Below, piece by piece: positions 46,946 to 56,000 of a stretch of 64,000 nucleotides of DNA (position 1 is its first letter; each line of letters opens with the position of its first letter). The translations under genes were made by a program, and so were the position numbers. The notes beneath the pieces are model-generated. The model worked only from the letters and a program-made list of their open reading frames with translations. It was not told the origin of the DNA and ran no database searches. Source of the stretch: a bacterium. GTDB taxonomy: Bacteria; Verrucomicrobiota; Verrucomicrobiia; Limisphaerales; UBA11358. The DNA lies in the NCBI GenBank assembly GCA_021817945.1, contig JAKAFL010000016.1:429-64428 (forward strand). Reading direction: 5' to 3'.

Positions 46946-49216
46946 GTGGTTTTGGTGATGTCTGTTGTTGTCATGAAAAACTGGATTTTGAGAATCGTTG
47001 GGGTCCGGGCGTCCGCAAGGTGCATGTGGGCTGGACTTTGTATGGCATTGGTTCTGGCCACCTCTGCAAGCGCAGCGCATACAAGGGTTGAATTAAAATT
47101 GTCCGCCAATTCGGTCCCACCTGGCCAGGTTCAAACGGTTGGATTTCTGATGACGATGGATCCAGGTTGGCATACCTATTGGAAAAATTCAGGGGATTCA
47201 GGCATACCCACTCAAATTCAATGGAACCTGCCTCCCGGTTTTTCCGCTGGTCCAATTGAGTGGCCATTGCCTCTGAAGTTGCCACCTGCATCGGTCACCA
47301 CTTACGCCTACGAGGGAACGACTCTGTTGGAGGTTCCCATCACGGTCGCTTCAAATGTGGCCTCGGGCGTTTACTCTGTTTCTGCCGCAGTTTCCTGGCT
47401 TGAGTGCAAAGACCAATGCATTCCGGGCAGCACGAATATTTCCTTTGACCTGGTTGTGACCAATGAGTTTGTGCCCTCGACACAATTCGATTTGATCCAA
47501 TCCTGGCAAAGCAGGATGCCTGAGACCAGTTCCAACTGGTTGGTTGAGGCGTCATGGCAAACCACCACTAATGCGGACCAACGCTGGCTGGTTCTTCGCG
47601 GTCAGTATCGTGGCCCTGCCGATACCCAGCCCAGAATTGTGGATTTTTATCCCTATCCCGGCGACATTTATGAGGTCGAGACCGCCACCGAAGTGAAAGA
47701 AGGACCTGGATCTGATTTTACCTTGCGCAAAATGGTCACCAGGTTTCAATCGGATTGGCCTGTGCATGTGCCGGGCATTTTGGTTGAAAAAGGCATTGAT
47801 CATGGTTGGTTCCTGAATCCGCAACCCTTGGGGCCGTCTGCCTTGGTGGATGACTCAAATCAAGTCTCTTCCGGTTCCATCCAGTCTGGGAACCTTGCCA
47901 ATATCTCCGCGCCTCCTTTAAGGTTTTCTCCCTGGCGAATGATTCTTTATGCCTTGATTGGAGGCTTGATCTTGAATGTGATGCCATGCGTGTTGCCGGT
48001 GATTGCGCTCAAGATTCTGGGATTTGTGCGCGAAGGAGGAAGCGACCGGCGTCACATCCGGCTTTTGGGATTGGCCTATGTTGCCGGTGTGCTCGTCTCT
48101 TTTCTCGCTCTGGCCTCCATGGTGGTGGGTGTGAAGGCGGCCGGGCATCAAGCTGGTTGGGGAATGCAATTTGGAAGTCCCGTTTTTGTGGTGGCGCTGG
48201 CTACCTTGGTCACCTTGGTGGCCCTGAATTTATTTGGTGTTTTTGAAGTAAGCTTGGGCGGACATGCCATGGATGCGGCAGGCGCCCTGTCTGCGCGCCG
48301 CGGTTTTGCCGGCGCTTTTTTTAACGGGGTCCTTGCCACCACACTCGCCACGCCTTGCACGGCCCCGTTCCTCGCGCCAGCCCTGGGGTTTGCCTTCGCT
48401 CAAGGTTCAGGAATCATTTTTCTGGCTTTCTTCTCCACAGGCCTGGGCCTGGCTTTGCCTTACTTCCTGCTTTCCTGGCAGCCAGCCTGGATCTCTTTCC
48501 TGCCTAAACCCGGGGCATGGATGGAAAAATTCAAAATCGCCATGGGCTTTCCCATGCTGGCCACGGTTATCTGGCTGCTCTATATCGCCTCAGCCGCTTA
48601 TGGCAGGGGCGTGGCGTGGGTGGGCTGCTTTTTGGTTGTCGTGTCTTTTGCCGCCTGGATCTTTGGCGCGTTTTTCCAGCATGGATCCAAGGCCCGCACT
48701 CTTTCACTGCTTTTGGCTTTCGCGGTCCTGATCCTGGGTTATTTCGGCATTCTGGAGAATGCTTTGCACTGGCGCTCGGGTGCTGGTGATGTAAATCCAG
48801 CCACCACCAATATCAATAGTCCTTTGGATTGGAAACCGTGGTCTCCGGAGGCTGTCACCCAAGCCCAGGCCTCTGGACGGCCTGTTCTGGTGGATTTTAC
48901 TGCCGATTGGTGTCTGACTTGTCAGGTGAATAAAAAAACCAGCATCGAGATTCCATTGGTAATCAATGAAATGAAACAGGTGCAGGGCGTGGCCTTGGTG
49001 GCTGATGACACGGCTTTCCCGGTCCGCATCACCGAGGAATTACAGAGATTTGGCCGCGCCGGTGTGCCGCTGGTTCTAGTGTACCCCGGTCACCCTGGCG
49101 CCAACCCCCTGATCCTTCCCGAAATCCTGACGCCATCCCTGGTTTTGGATGCGCTCAAAAAGGCCACCCAATTCGGAAATGACTTGAACAAATCCACCCC
49201 GGCCGCTGTCGAATGA
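46946..49216 (+). CDS. dsbD: Thiol:disulfide interchange protein DsbD family
   Basis: An N-terminal DsbD-alpha-like domain (WLECKDQCIPG) is present. The CcdA-like membrane core has NVMPCVLPVIALK and TPCTAPFLAPALG. The C-terminal thioredoxin domain carries DFTADWCLTCQ. The start is uncertain (46946, 46973 or later). Confidence 0.85.
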   Translation: MVLVMSVVVMKNWILRIVGVRASARCMWAGLCMALVLATSASAAHTRVELKLSANSVPPGQVQTVGFLMTMDPGWHTYWKNSGDSGIPTQIQWNLPPGFSAGPIEWPLPLKLPPASVTTYAYEGTTLLEVPITVASNVASGVYSVSAAVSWLECKDQCIPGSTNISFDLVVTNEFVPSTQFDLIQSWQSRMPETSSNWLVEASWQTTTNADQRWLVLRGQYRGPADTQPRIVDFYPYPGDIYEVETATEVKEGPGSDFTLRKMVTRFQSDWPVHVPGILVEKGIDHGWFLNPQPLGPSALVDDSNQVSSGSIQSGNLANISAPPLRFSPWRMILYALIGGLILNVMPCVLPVIALKILGFVREGGSDRRHIRLLGLAYVAGVLVSFLALASMVVGVKAAGHQAGWGMQFGSPVFVVALATLVTLVALNLFGVFEVSLGGHAMDAAGALSARRGFAGAFFNGVLATTLATPCTAPFLAPALGFAFAQGSGIIFLAFFSTGLGLALPYFLLSWQPAWISFLPKPGAWMEKFKIAMGFPMLATVIWLLYIASAAYGRGVAWVGCFLVVVSFAAWIFGAFFQHGSKARTLSLLLAFAVLILGYFGILENALHWRSGAGDVNPATTNINSPLDWKPWSPEAVTQAQASGRPVLVDFTADWCLTCQVNKKTSIEIPLVINEMKQVQGVALVADDTAFPVRITEELQRFGRAGVPLVLVYPGHPGANPLILPEILTPSLVLDALKKATQFGNDLNKSTPAAVE

Positions 49217-49275
49217 GGCACAGATGGGTTTTCATTTTTATTGAGAGATACACAGCAAACAAACCATATACAGTT

Positions 49276-49872
49276 ATGACAAAGATCATCACCTTAGCCT
49301 CCCTCCTTGGTTTTACCCTGCCGGCCCTCGCGCTGGAAATCGGACAGCCTGCCCCTGATTTTTCCGGCACGGATATTCACGGCAAAACCGTAAATCTAAG
49401 CGATTTCAAGGGGAAAATTGTCGTGGTTGAATCCTATAACTCCGATTGCCCGTTTTGTCACAACCAATATGCCAGCGGGGCGGTTCCTGAATTGCAAAGA
49501 GATCTGGCCGCCAAAGGCGTGGTCTGGTTGTTGGTGGATTCTGTAAATCCCAACAACCCCAGCTTCCGCTCCGCAGGTCAAGCCCAGGAAGAATGGAAAA
49601 AATTAAAAATCAATGCCACGGATTGGATTCAGGATCCAAGTGGCGCCATTGGCCATCTTTATTCCATGAAAACCACCCCCGATGTTTACGTCATCGGCAA
49701 GGATGGAGTGCTGGATTATCAAGGCGCCATGGATGACCGCCCCAAACCATTCGGCGATCCGCGTAAGGCTCATAATTATGTCCGCGCCGCCGTGGATGCG
49801 CTCCTCCAAGGAAAACCGGTGGCTGTCACCCAGACCAAGCCGTATGGATGTGGTGTTCATTACGCGGATTAA
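49276..49872 (+). CDS. Periplasmic thioredoxin-fold redoxin (AhpC/TSA-ResA-like thiol-disulfide oxidoreductase)
   Basis: A signal peptide MTKIITLASLLGFTLPALA starts at 49276. A CPFC active site is present (SYNSDCPFCHNQ). The tracked ORF starts at 49213 and overlaps the dsbD stop by 4 nt, so either start is possible. Confidence 0.75.
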   Translation: MTKIITLASLLGFTLPALALEIGQPAPDFSGTDIHGKTVNLSDFKGKIVVVESYNSDCPFCHNQYASGAVPELQRDLAAKGVVWLLVDSVNPNNPSFRSAGQAQEEWKKLKINATDWIQDPSGAIGHLYSMKTTPDVYVIGKDGVLDYQGAMDDRPKPFGDPRKAHNYVRAAVDALLQGKPVAVTQTKPYGCGVHYAD

Positions 49873-49989
49873 CCTGCCTGAATCAACGCCGCCGCCAACT
49901 TGACCTATTCGGGATGCTGAATTCGCGCCCGTGCTTGGGTCTTTCACTATCACCAACTTCTCTGGTGGAGTTCAAGACCCCACCTTCGC

Positions 49990-50438
49990 TTGAACCCGAA
50001 ATGCGAAATGGAAAGGGTCAATGTGCGGCAAGATGCTGGAGCGGAAACTCTTTGGGAAGATCGAAACCATACCCGAAGCGATCTGGTGAGATTTTTCCAT
50101 AGAGCCTGTTTTAAAATTCGGAAGGATGCTGGTTTCGTGCCCAAGCCAGTCTGGCTAGGCGCGCTGAGGGAGCATACACCACGTGGGTCTGGGACCGAGG
50201 AGCAACAACGCCAGACCGGCTTGGGCGCGAAAACCCTCCGGGCAACGGCGCTTTTTCCATTGGGTTTTGTTGTCGCCGTCGTTACAGCCCGCCACGGGGA
50301 TGCGCCGCCAGCTCCGCCTCGCCCAAGACCAAAATCTCCAGTCGCAGCATCCTTCCCAATTTTAAGACGGGATCTCAGTGTTTGAGCTCGCTAGATTGGG
50401 GCAGATTGCCCTTTTCTATTTCGTTTTTCGGGTTTAAC
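49990..50438 (+). mobile_element. MITE-like repeat, copy C, interrupted by a nested insertion (about 449 bp in total)
   Basis: The left TIR is ttgaacccgaaatgcgaaatggaaaggg. The right end cccttttctatttcgtttttcgggtttaac is inverted. Both flanking halves are collinear with copies B and D. The two halves are separated by about 270 extra bp at 50105-50371. Confidence 0.8.
50105..50371. mobile_element. Second, nested inverted-repeat element inside MITE copy C
   Basis: Its termini are cctgttttaaaattcggaagg (50105-50125) and ccttcccaattttaagacggg (50351-50371). These are inverted complements with 3 mismatches over 21 nt. The segment is absent from the otherwise collinear copies B and D. Confidence 0.6.
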
Positions 50439-50521
50439 AGGGAGCAGCGGAGTATTTGAATTCCACTGTAAAAATCCAAGCCCGAGTTAAAAAATGGATG
50501 AAGGGCGGATATTCTCGGTCC

Positions 50522-50560
50522 ACGAAATAAACAAGGCGCGAAACATGGAGTTCGCGCCTT
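50522..50560 (-). terminator. Intrinsic terminator after the thrC-like / sulfur-carrier / NIL operon
   Basis: A perfect 10-bp stem (aaggcgcgaa / ttcgcgcctt) with an 8-nt loop is followed on the minus strand by gtttatttcg. It lies 29 nt after the NIL gene stop. Confidence 0.6.
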
Positions 50561-50588
50561 GGAGCGTTTGATTTTTGCTGGAAAAATT

Positions 50589-50885
50589 TCAGCCGGCAAT
50601 GACGCCGATTTCGACGGGTTCGACGTTGACTTTGTTTTTTTCGAGCCAGCGGATGGCCGCATCCACTTCAGCGCGCACGCCGGAGAGTTCGAGGCAGACA
50701 ATGCCGATCTCATCGGTGACGGTGGCTTGGCGGATGTTGGTGATGACTTTGAATTGATGCCCCACTTCCCAGATGAAGGGTTTTTTAATGAGCCTGGGAG
50801 GATACATCAACCACAGCCTTTGCCGGATTTCGGCTGTTGCGGACGTGTTTTTGCTCCTCACTTTGGATTTTTTGACGGCAGCCAT
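50589..50885 (-). CDS. NIL domain protein
   Basis: At 98 aa, the C-terminal roughly 75 aa (PFIWEVGHQFKVITNIRQATVTDEIGIVCLELSGVRAEVDAAIRWLEKNKVNVEPVE) fit the NIL (MetN C-terminal-like) domain pattern. It lies 5 nt downstream of the sulfur-carrier gene. Confidence 0.6.
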   Translation of the reverse strand: MAAVKKSKVRSKNTSATAEIRQRLWLMYPPRLIKKPFIWEVGHQFKVITNIRQATVTDEIGIVCLELSGVRAEVDAAIRWLEKNKVNVEPVEIGVIAG

Positions 50886-50890
50886 GGTGT

Positions 50891-51166
50891 TTAGCCTCCT
50901 GCAATAGCGGGAATGATGCTGATTTCATCGCCCTCTTTGAGGGCAGTTTCGCGGTTTTCCTTGAAACGGATGTCCTCTTCGTTCACGTAGATGTTCACGA
51001 AGCGCCGGACTTCACCTTTTTCATCCAGGAGCCTTTCCTGGATTCCTGGAAAGCGTGTTTGCAATTCCAGGATGGCCTGGCCCACGGTGAGGGCGTTGAC
51101 TTCAATTAATTCCTCATTGTTGGTCAATTTGCGCAAGGGCGTGGGTATTCTTACTTTTTTTGGCAT
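50891..51166 (-). CDS. MoaD/ThiS-family sulfur carrier protein (CysO/MetO-like)
   Basis: It is 91 aa with a beta-grasp-like pattern and ends exactly in ...IIPAIAGG. The free C-terminal Gly-Gly is the site needed for thiocarboxylation. Confidence 0.75.
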   Translation of the reverse strand: MPKKVRIPTPLRKLTNNEELIEVNALTVGQAILELQTRFPGIQERLLDEKGEVRRFVNIYVNEEDIRFKENRETALKEGDEISIIPAIAGG

Positions 51167-51230
51167 ATCAATCCTTATAGTGTCGTGATGTTTCGTGGGA
51201 ATCGAGTTTTTTTGATTTTGTTGAGGTCAT

Positions 51231-52487
51231 TCAAGCCCGGGCGGATTCCTCCTGGGTGAGGAGGGCTTCAAATTCACGCAGGCTGGGTTTGATTTCACGG
51301 GGTTTTCCGCAATGGCCGGACACGGCATCAAGTGTCTTAAGCCCATTGCCGGTAATGCAGATCACGGCGGAATCCTCTTTGGGAATCTTGCCGCACTCAA
51401 TCAACTTTTTGGCCGCGCCCAGGGTTACGCCTCCGGCTGTTTCGGCAAAAATGCCCTCGGTTTCGGCCAGCAGCCGTATGGCATCGCGAATTTCATCGTC
51501 ATTCACGTCCTCGGCGGCGGCATTGGTTTCGCGCATGACCTTCAACGCATAAAAGCCATCGGCGGGAGTTCCGATCGCCAGTGATTTGGCGATGGTGTCC
51601 GGCTTGACGGGTTTGAAGAAATCAAGGCCGGCTTTTTGGGCGGTCGAGATGGGGGAACAACCGGTTGCCTGTGCTCCGTAAACCTTGGGATGGGATTCCG
51701 GTATCAGTCCCACTTTGACCAGTTCCTGGTAGCCCTTGTGGATTTTGGTGAGCAGGGAGCCGGAGGCCATGGGTATGATGGTGTGCTGTGGCGCTTTCCA
51801 GCCCAGTTGCTCTGCGATTTCGTAAGCCATGCTCTTGCTGCCCTCCGCATAGTAGGGCCTCATGTTGACGTTCACAAATGCCCAGCCAAACTTGCCAGCA
51901 ATCTCCGCGCACAGACGGTTGACTTCGTCATAATGGCCCCTGATGCCAATCACGCTGGCACCGTAGATAAGGGAGTTTAGAATTTTACCCTGTTCCAGGT
52001 CGGATGGGATGAATACATATGACTTCAGACCTGCACTGGCGGCGTTGGCAGCCACGGAATTGGCCAGGTTGCCGGTGGAGGCGCAGGCCACGGTTTCAAA
52101 ACCCAGTTCCTTGGCGCGGCTCAAGGCAACGCTGACGACCCGGTCCTTGAAAGAAAGCGTGGGGTAATTTACCGCGTCATTCTTGATCCACAATTCACGG
52201 ATTCCGAGCCGCCGTGCAAGACGGTCTGCCTTGATCAGGGGCGTGAAACCCACCTGCCTGCCCACGGTGGGTTCTTTTTCGATGGGCAGGAGTTCTCGGT
52301 AACGCCACATGGAGGCGGGCCGCGATTCGATGGCCGCGCGGGTCAGGGATTTTTTAATGCGGTCATAATCGTAGGCCACCTCAAGGGGGCCAAAATCAAA
52401 TTCACACACATGAGTGGCCGCCAACGGATATTCCCGCCCGCATTCGCGGCACTTGAGTGCCTTCATGTACCGGTGTTGTTCGCTCAT
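51231..52487 (-). CDS. thrC: Threonine synthase family PLP enzyme (ThrC-like; candidate O-phosphohomoserine-dependent homocysteine synthase, MetM-like)
   Basis: An N-terminal zinc-ribbon-like CRECGREY...HVC is present. The PLP-lysine region is YPTLSFKDR, and the body belongs to the ThrC family (GNLANSVAA, ASGSLLTK). It is preceded by a SAM-I riboswitch. Confidence 0.8.
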   Translation of the reverse strand: MSEQHRYMKALKCRECGREYPLAATHVCEFDFGPLEVAYDYDRIKKSLTRAAIESRPASMWRYRELLPIEKEPTVGRQVGFTPLIKADRLARRLGIRELWIKNDAVNYPTLSFKDRVVSVALSRAKELGFETVACASTGNLANSVAANAASAGLKSYVFIPSDLEQGKILNSLIYGASVIGIRGHYDEVNRLCAEIAGKFGWAFVNVNMRPYYAEGSKSMAYEIAEQLGWKAPQHTIIPMASGSLLTKIHKGYQELVKVGLIPESHPKVYGAQATGCSPISTAQKAGLDFFKPVKPDTIAKSLAIGTPADGFYALKVMRETNAAAEDVNDDEIRDAIRLLAETEGIFAETAGGVTLGAAKKLIECGKIPKEDSAVICITGNGLKTLDAVSGHCGKPREIKPSLREFEALLTQEESARA

Positions 52488-52573
52488 AATCTGTCAGTCA
52501 TTGCATTCAGGTCGTTTTCGATCTCTATTTTCTGCAATCATTTTTTCGATTGTTTTTGCCGGTTCGAACCAAC

Positions 52574-52603
52574 AAAAAAACCCCTCCCATGGCGGAGAAG
52601 GGT
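52574..52603 (-). terminator. Riboswitch expression-platform terminator
   Basis: On the minus strand the sequence CCCTTCTCC-GCCAT-GGGAGGGG is followed by TTTTTTTG. The 5' arm CCTTCTC is complementary to GAGAAGG/GAGAAG, which overlaps the 3' strand of the aptamer P1 helix (ATGAGAAG). That complementarity would allow an antiterminator alternative. Confidence 0.75.
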
Positions 52604-52624
52604 CAGAATAGCTGACAGTGTGTC

Positions 52625-52745
52625 TTCTCATTTTTCCCGGGCTAATGGCGCCCAAGCTGGATTTGGCACCTGACATTGATACCTGAAATCAATCGGTTGC
52701 CGTGGCGTCACAGGGCCAGTCCCTCGACCACTCGTCATGAGTCCG
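52625..52745 (-). promoter_or_regulatory. SAM-I (S-box) riboswitch aptamer
   Basis: The minus strand reads CTCATGACGAGTGGTCGAGGGACTGGCCCTGTGACGCCACGGCAACC...CAGGTGCCAAATCCAGC...GGGAAAAATGAG. It contains the hallmark S-box blocks GAGGGA-TGGCCC, GCAACC and GGTGC-AAATCC, and the P1 pairing CTCAT/ATGAG. Confidence 0.85.
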
Positions 52746-53081
52746 CCTCTCAGCGGATGCCAACAAAGTGAGGCTAACTGATCTCCCTGTCAAATGCTTT
52801 TTGCCAGTCCACCAAAAGCGAAGTCAAAGCGCATGAGGGGAAAGGCTCAAACCAAGCATGACTTTTACAATTTGTCATAGCCGTATGAAAACAATTGAGA
52901 AAGTCACTACTGCAATGGTATGCGTTTGCAATTGATATTATCGTTAAAGCTTTGAGATTTTGATTTTTTGGAATCCGTCAAAATTTCTATTAGTAGAGCT
53001 ATTAAAAATAATATGCACAATATGTAGTGGTTTTTCCTTTACATTTGGCCATGAGTTTGGTTAAGTGGGTTTAACACGATT

Positions 53082-56000
53082 ATGTACCTTAAAAACCTAA
53101 CCGTTTTCGGTTTTAAGTCATTTGCAGACAAGACAGCGTTGAATTTTCAGCCGGGGGTGACGGCCATAGTGGGGCCAAACGGCTGTGGTAAATCAAATGT
53201 TTCGGACGCCATACGCTGGGTGTTGGGCGAGCAATCTGCAAAGGCTCTGCGCGGCGGGGAAATGGCGGATGTTATTTTTAATGGCACGGACGGACGCAAA
53301 CCCATGGGCATGGGAGAAGTTTCGCTGACGCTGGGCGGGGTTGGAGAGGAGAACCTGAAAGCGGCTGGGGTGGAAATGGCCTATGACGAGGTCACACTCA
53401 CACGCAGAATCTATCGGGACGGGGGGAGCGAATATTTTCTGAACCGGACACCGTGTCGGCTGAGGGATATCCAGCAACTGTTTATGGGGACAGGAGTTGG
53501 GCGAACGAGTTACAGCATCCTTGCGCAGGGCCACATCACGCAAATTCTGTCGAGCAAGCCCGAGGATCGGCGCATGATATTTGAAGAGGCGGCTGGCATC
53601 ACCCGGTTTAAAGCACAGAAAAAAGAATCGCTGCGCAAACTGGAGCATACCGACCAGAATTTGTTGCGGGTGGCGGATTTGATCAAGGAGGTGAAGCGCC
53701 AGATTGGGTCGTTGCAGCGGCAGGCGGGCAAGGCGAAACGCTACAAGCAACTGGCTGTGGAATTGCAGCATTTGGAGACGCAGCATGCGCGGCATCAGTT
53801 TGATGTGTTGCAGGGAGAGATCAGCTCGCGGAAAGAGGCCCTTGAACGCTTGCGGGATGAAATACAGCAGATAGGGGAGGATGTTTTGCGCTATGAGAGC
53901 GAGCTGGGCGGGCTGCGGGCGCAGCTCTCCGAGCTGGACCATGAGGTGGCGGCCCATCAGCAGAGGGGGCTGGAGATCAAGTCGGAAATGGATCGGCACG
54001 AAAGCCGGGTTCAGTTCAACGAGGAACGGCTTCAAGAAATGGAGGTCCGTAATGCGAAGGCCCTTGGGGAAATTAACGAGGGCAGCCAGAGGCTTGATTC
54101 AGCGCAGGCTGAATTGGGCGGGGTGCTGGACCGTTTGCAGGCGGCGGAGTCTGAGTTGAAGGCGCACCGCGAAAGCCACCAGCAACGCCAGAATGATTTG
54201 GGTGAGTTGGAAAAGGCCATGCGAGAGCGCCAGGAGGCCCTTCGCCAGGCTCAGGCCGCAGCCTTTTCTGCAGCGCAGGATTTATCCAGGGTTCGCAATG
54301 AAATCACCGCCCTGGAGCTTCAAAAGCAAAACAATACCGCCCGCCTTGAAAAGCTTTCCGCGGAAAAAATCCAGTTAGAGGCCGAACGGGTGGCCTTGGA
54401 AAGCCGGTTGCAGGAATTCACAGCAAGCGTGGAGGCCCAAAAATTGCACGCCGCCACCACCCGCGGATCCGTCGAGCAACGGCAACAGCGGCTTCGGGAA
54501 TTGCAGGGTGAATTGCAGCAGGCATCCTCGGAGCAGGACAAACTGCTGCATCAGCAATCGGAAAAACGGTCCAGATTGACAGTTTTGGAGCAGTTGGAAG
54601 TATCCCATGAGGGATTTGATCCTGGCGCGGTGGCTGCATTGCGCCAATCCCGGTCAGTGCTTGGATCCCTGGCCGACCGAATCCGTGTACCTGCGCCGTA
54701 CGTAACCGCCGTCGAAAACGCCCTGGGTCATTATTTGCAGATTGTGCTGACAGAGCAACCCTCCTCGGCGCAGGAAATCCTGTCTGAATTGCAAACCAGC
54801 AAATCAGGCCGGGCCAGCATCGCCGCCTTGTCGCTGCCGTTGTACGTGGACGACCGTCAACTGGCTTTTGACGGGGAGATGAGCCCATCCGGCCAATCCC
54901 ATGAAGACAGTTCAGCTTTGCCATCGGGGCAGGTGGTTCATGCCGTCAGTGTCATCCAGGCGGATCCCAAGGTTGAGCCTCTGCTAAAATCGCTGCTTGG
55001 CCGCACCTACATTGCGGCGGACCTGACCACTGCCACCGCGCAAATCCAGAACGGGCATGCGGGGTGTGATTTTGTCACGCTCCAGGGCGAGTTGTTGAAC
55101 AGGCACGGAATCTATACCGGCGGATATTTGAACAAAGCCCAGGGCAAGGCTCCCAGCAGCATTTTGGGGCGCAAAAACCAGATTGCCGAGCTTCAGGCCG
55201 AGCTTGCCTCCATCCAGGAACAGGTGGAGTTGGCGAGCCGTCGGCGCGGTATTCTCCTTGGAGAACAGTCCGAGCTTCAGGCCAGCTTGCAACAGGCCCA
55301 AAATGACCTGCGCGAACAGGAGGTCGCCGTTGCCACGCGTGAAGGGGAATTTAAAGCCCTTCAAAGCTCCAATCGTCTGCTGAACCAGAAGATTGAAACC
55401 GTTATTTTTGAAATCCAGAGCCTTGCATCCCAGCAGGAGGAGGGAGCCCGCAAAGTGGAGGTCCTATCATCTCGCCAGGCAGACATGGTTGGTGCTGAAA
55501 AGGCGGCCCAGGACCAGGTCACGTCGTTGACCGCAGAAATGGAGTCGTTGCGCCAGGGCCGGGATGCGGCCACGACGGCGCTTACCGAGTGCAAGGTTGC
55601 CCTGGCCTCGGGGGAGCAGTTTGTCAGCTCTGCCCGGCAGCAAAAGCAGGCCTTGGAATCTCGCATGCGGGAACTGGCGCAGGCGCTGGAACAGCGGCGC
55701 AATGAATGCGAGGGGATACTGGCCCGCCAGGAACAAGCCCGGTCTGAAATTCAGGATTCCCAGTCCCATTGCCAGCGCCTGGGCCATGACCGGGCCCAGG
55801 TCAGCGAACAAACCGCCCGGCTTCTATCGCAAAAAACCGACCAGGAATCCGCGATCGGTCTTCATGAGGAGACCCTGCGGGAAAGACGCAACCAACTGGC
55901 CGGGTTTCAAAACCAGCGCGGCATTGTGGAGGTGGAGTTGGCCCAGAAGGATCTGCATGTGCAAAACCTCCTCGAAAAAGTCCGTCAAAAATACCACATC

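Noticed and set aside
49990-50385. 131-aa ORF (and similar short ORFs at 44048, 45699, 46072) with recurring peptides such as NPK(S/C)EME(K/R)V and RNHTRS(G/D)LV
   Set aside because: The recurring peptides arise because the ORFs cross copies of the MITE-like repeat. Copies differ by 10-11-nt indels that break the frame. The elements have inverted termini and lie in intergenic positions.
52800-53081. AT-rich 280-bp spacer between the riboswitch and smc, considered as an origin-like or DnaA-box region
   Set aside because: I saw no TTATCCACA-like boxes or repeated 13-mers. It is most simply a divergent promoter region.
53193-54035. 280-aa ORF on the minus strand inside smc
   Set aside because: It is antisense to the SMC coiled-coil region. 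Its Leu/Gln/Arg/Pro-rich translation mirrors the coiled-coil codons, and I recognise no motifs.
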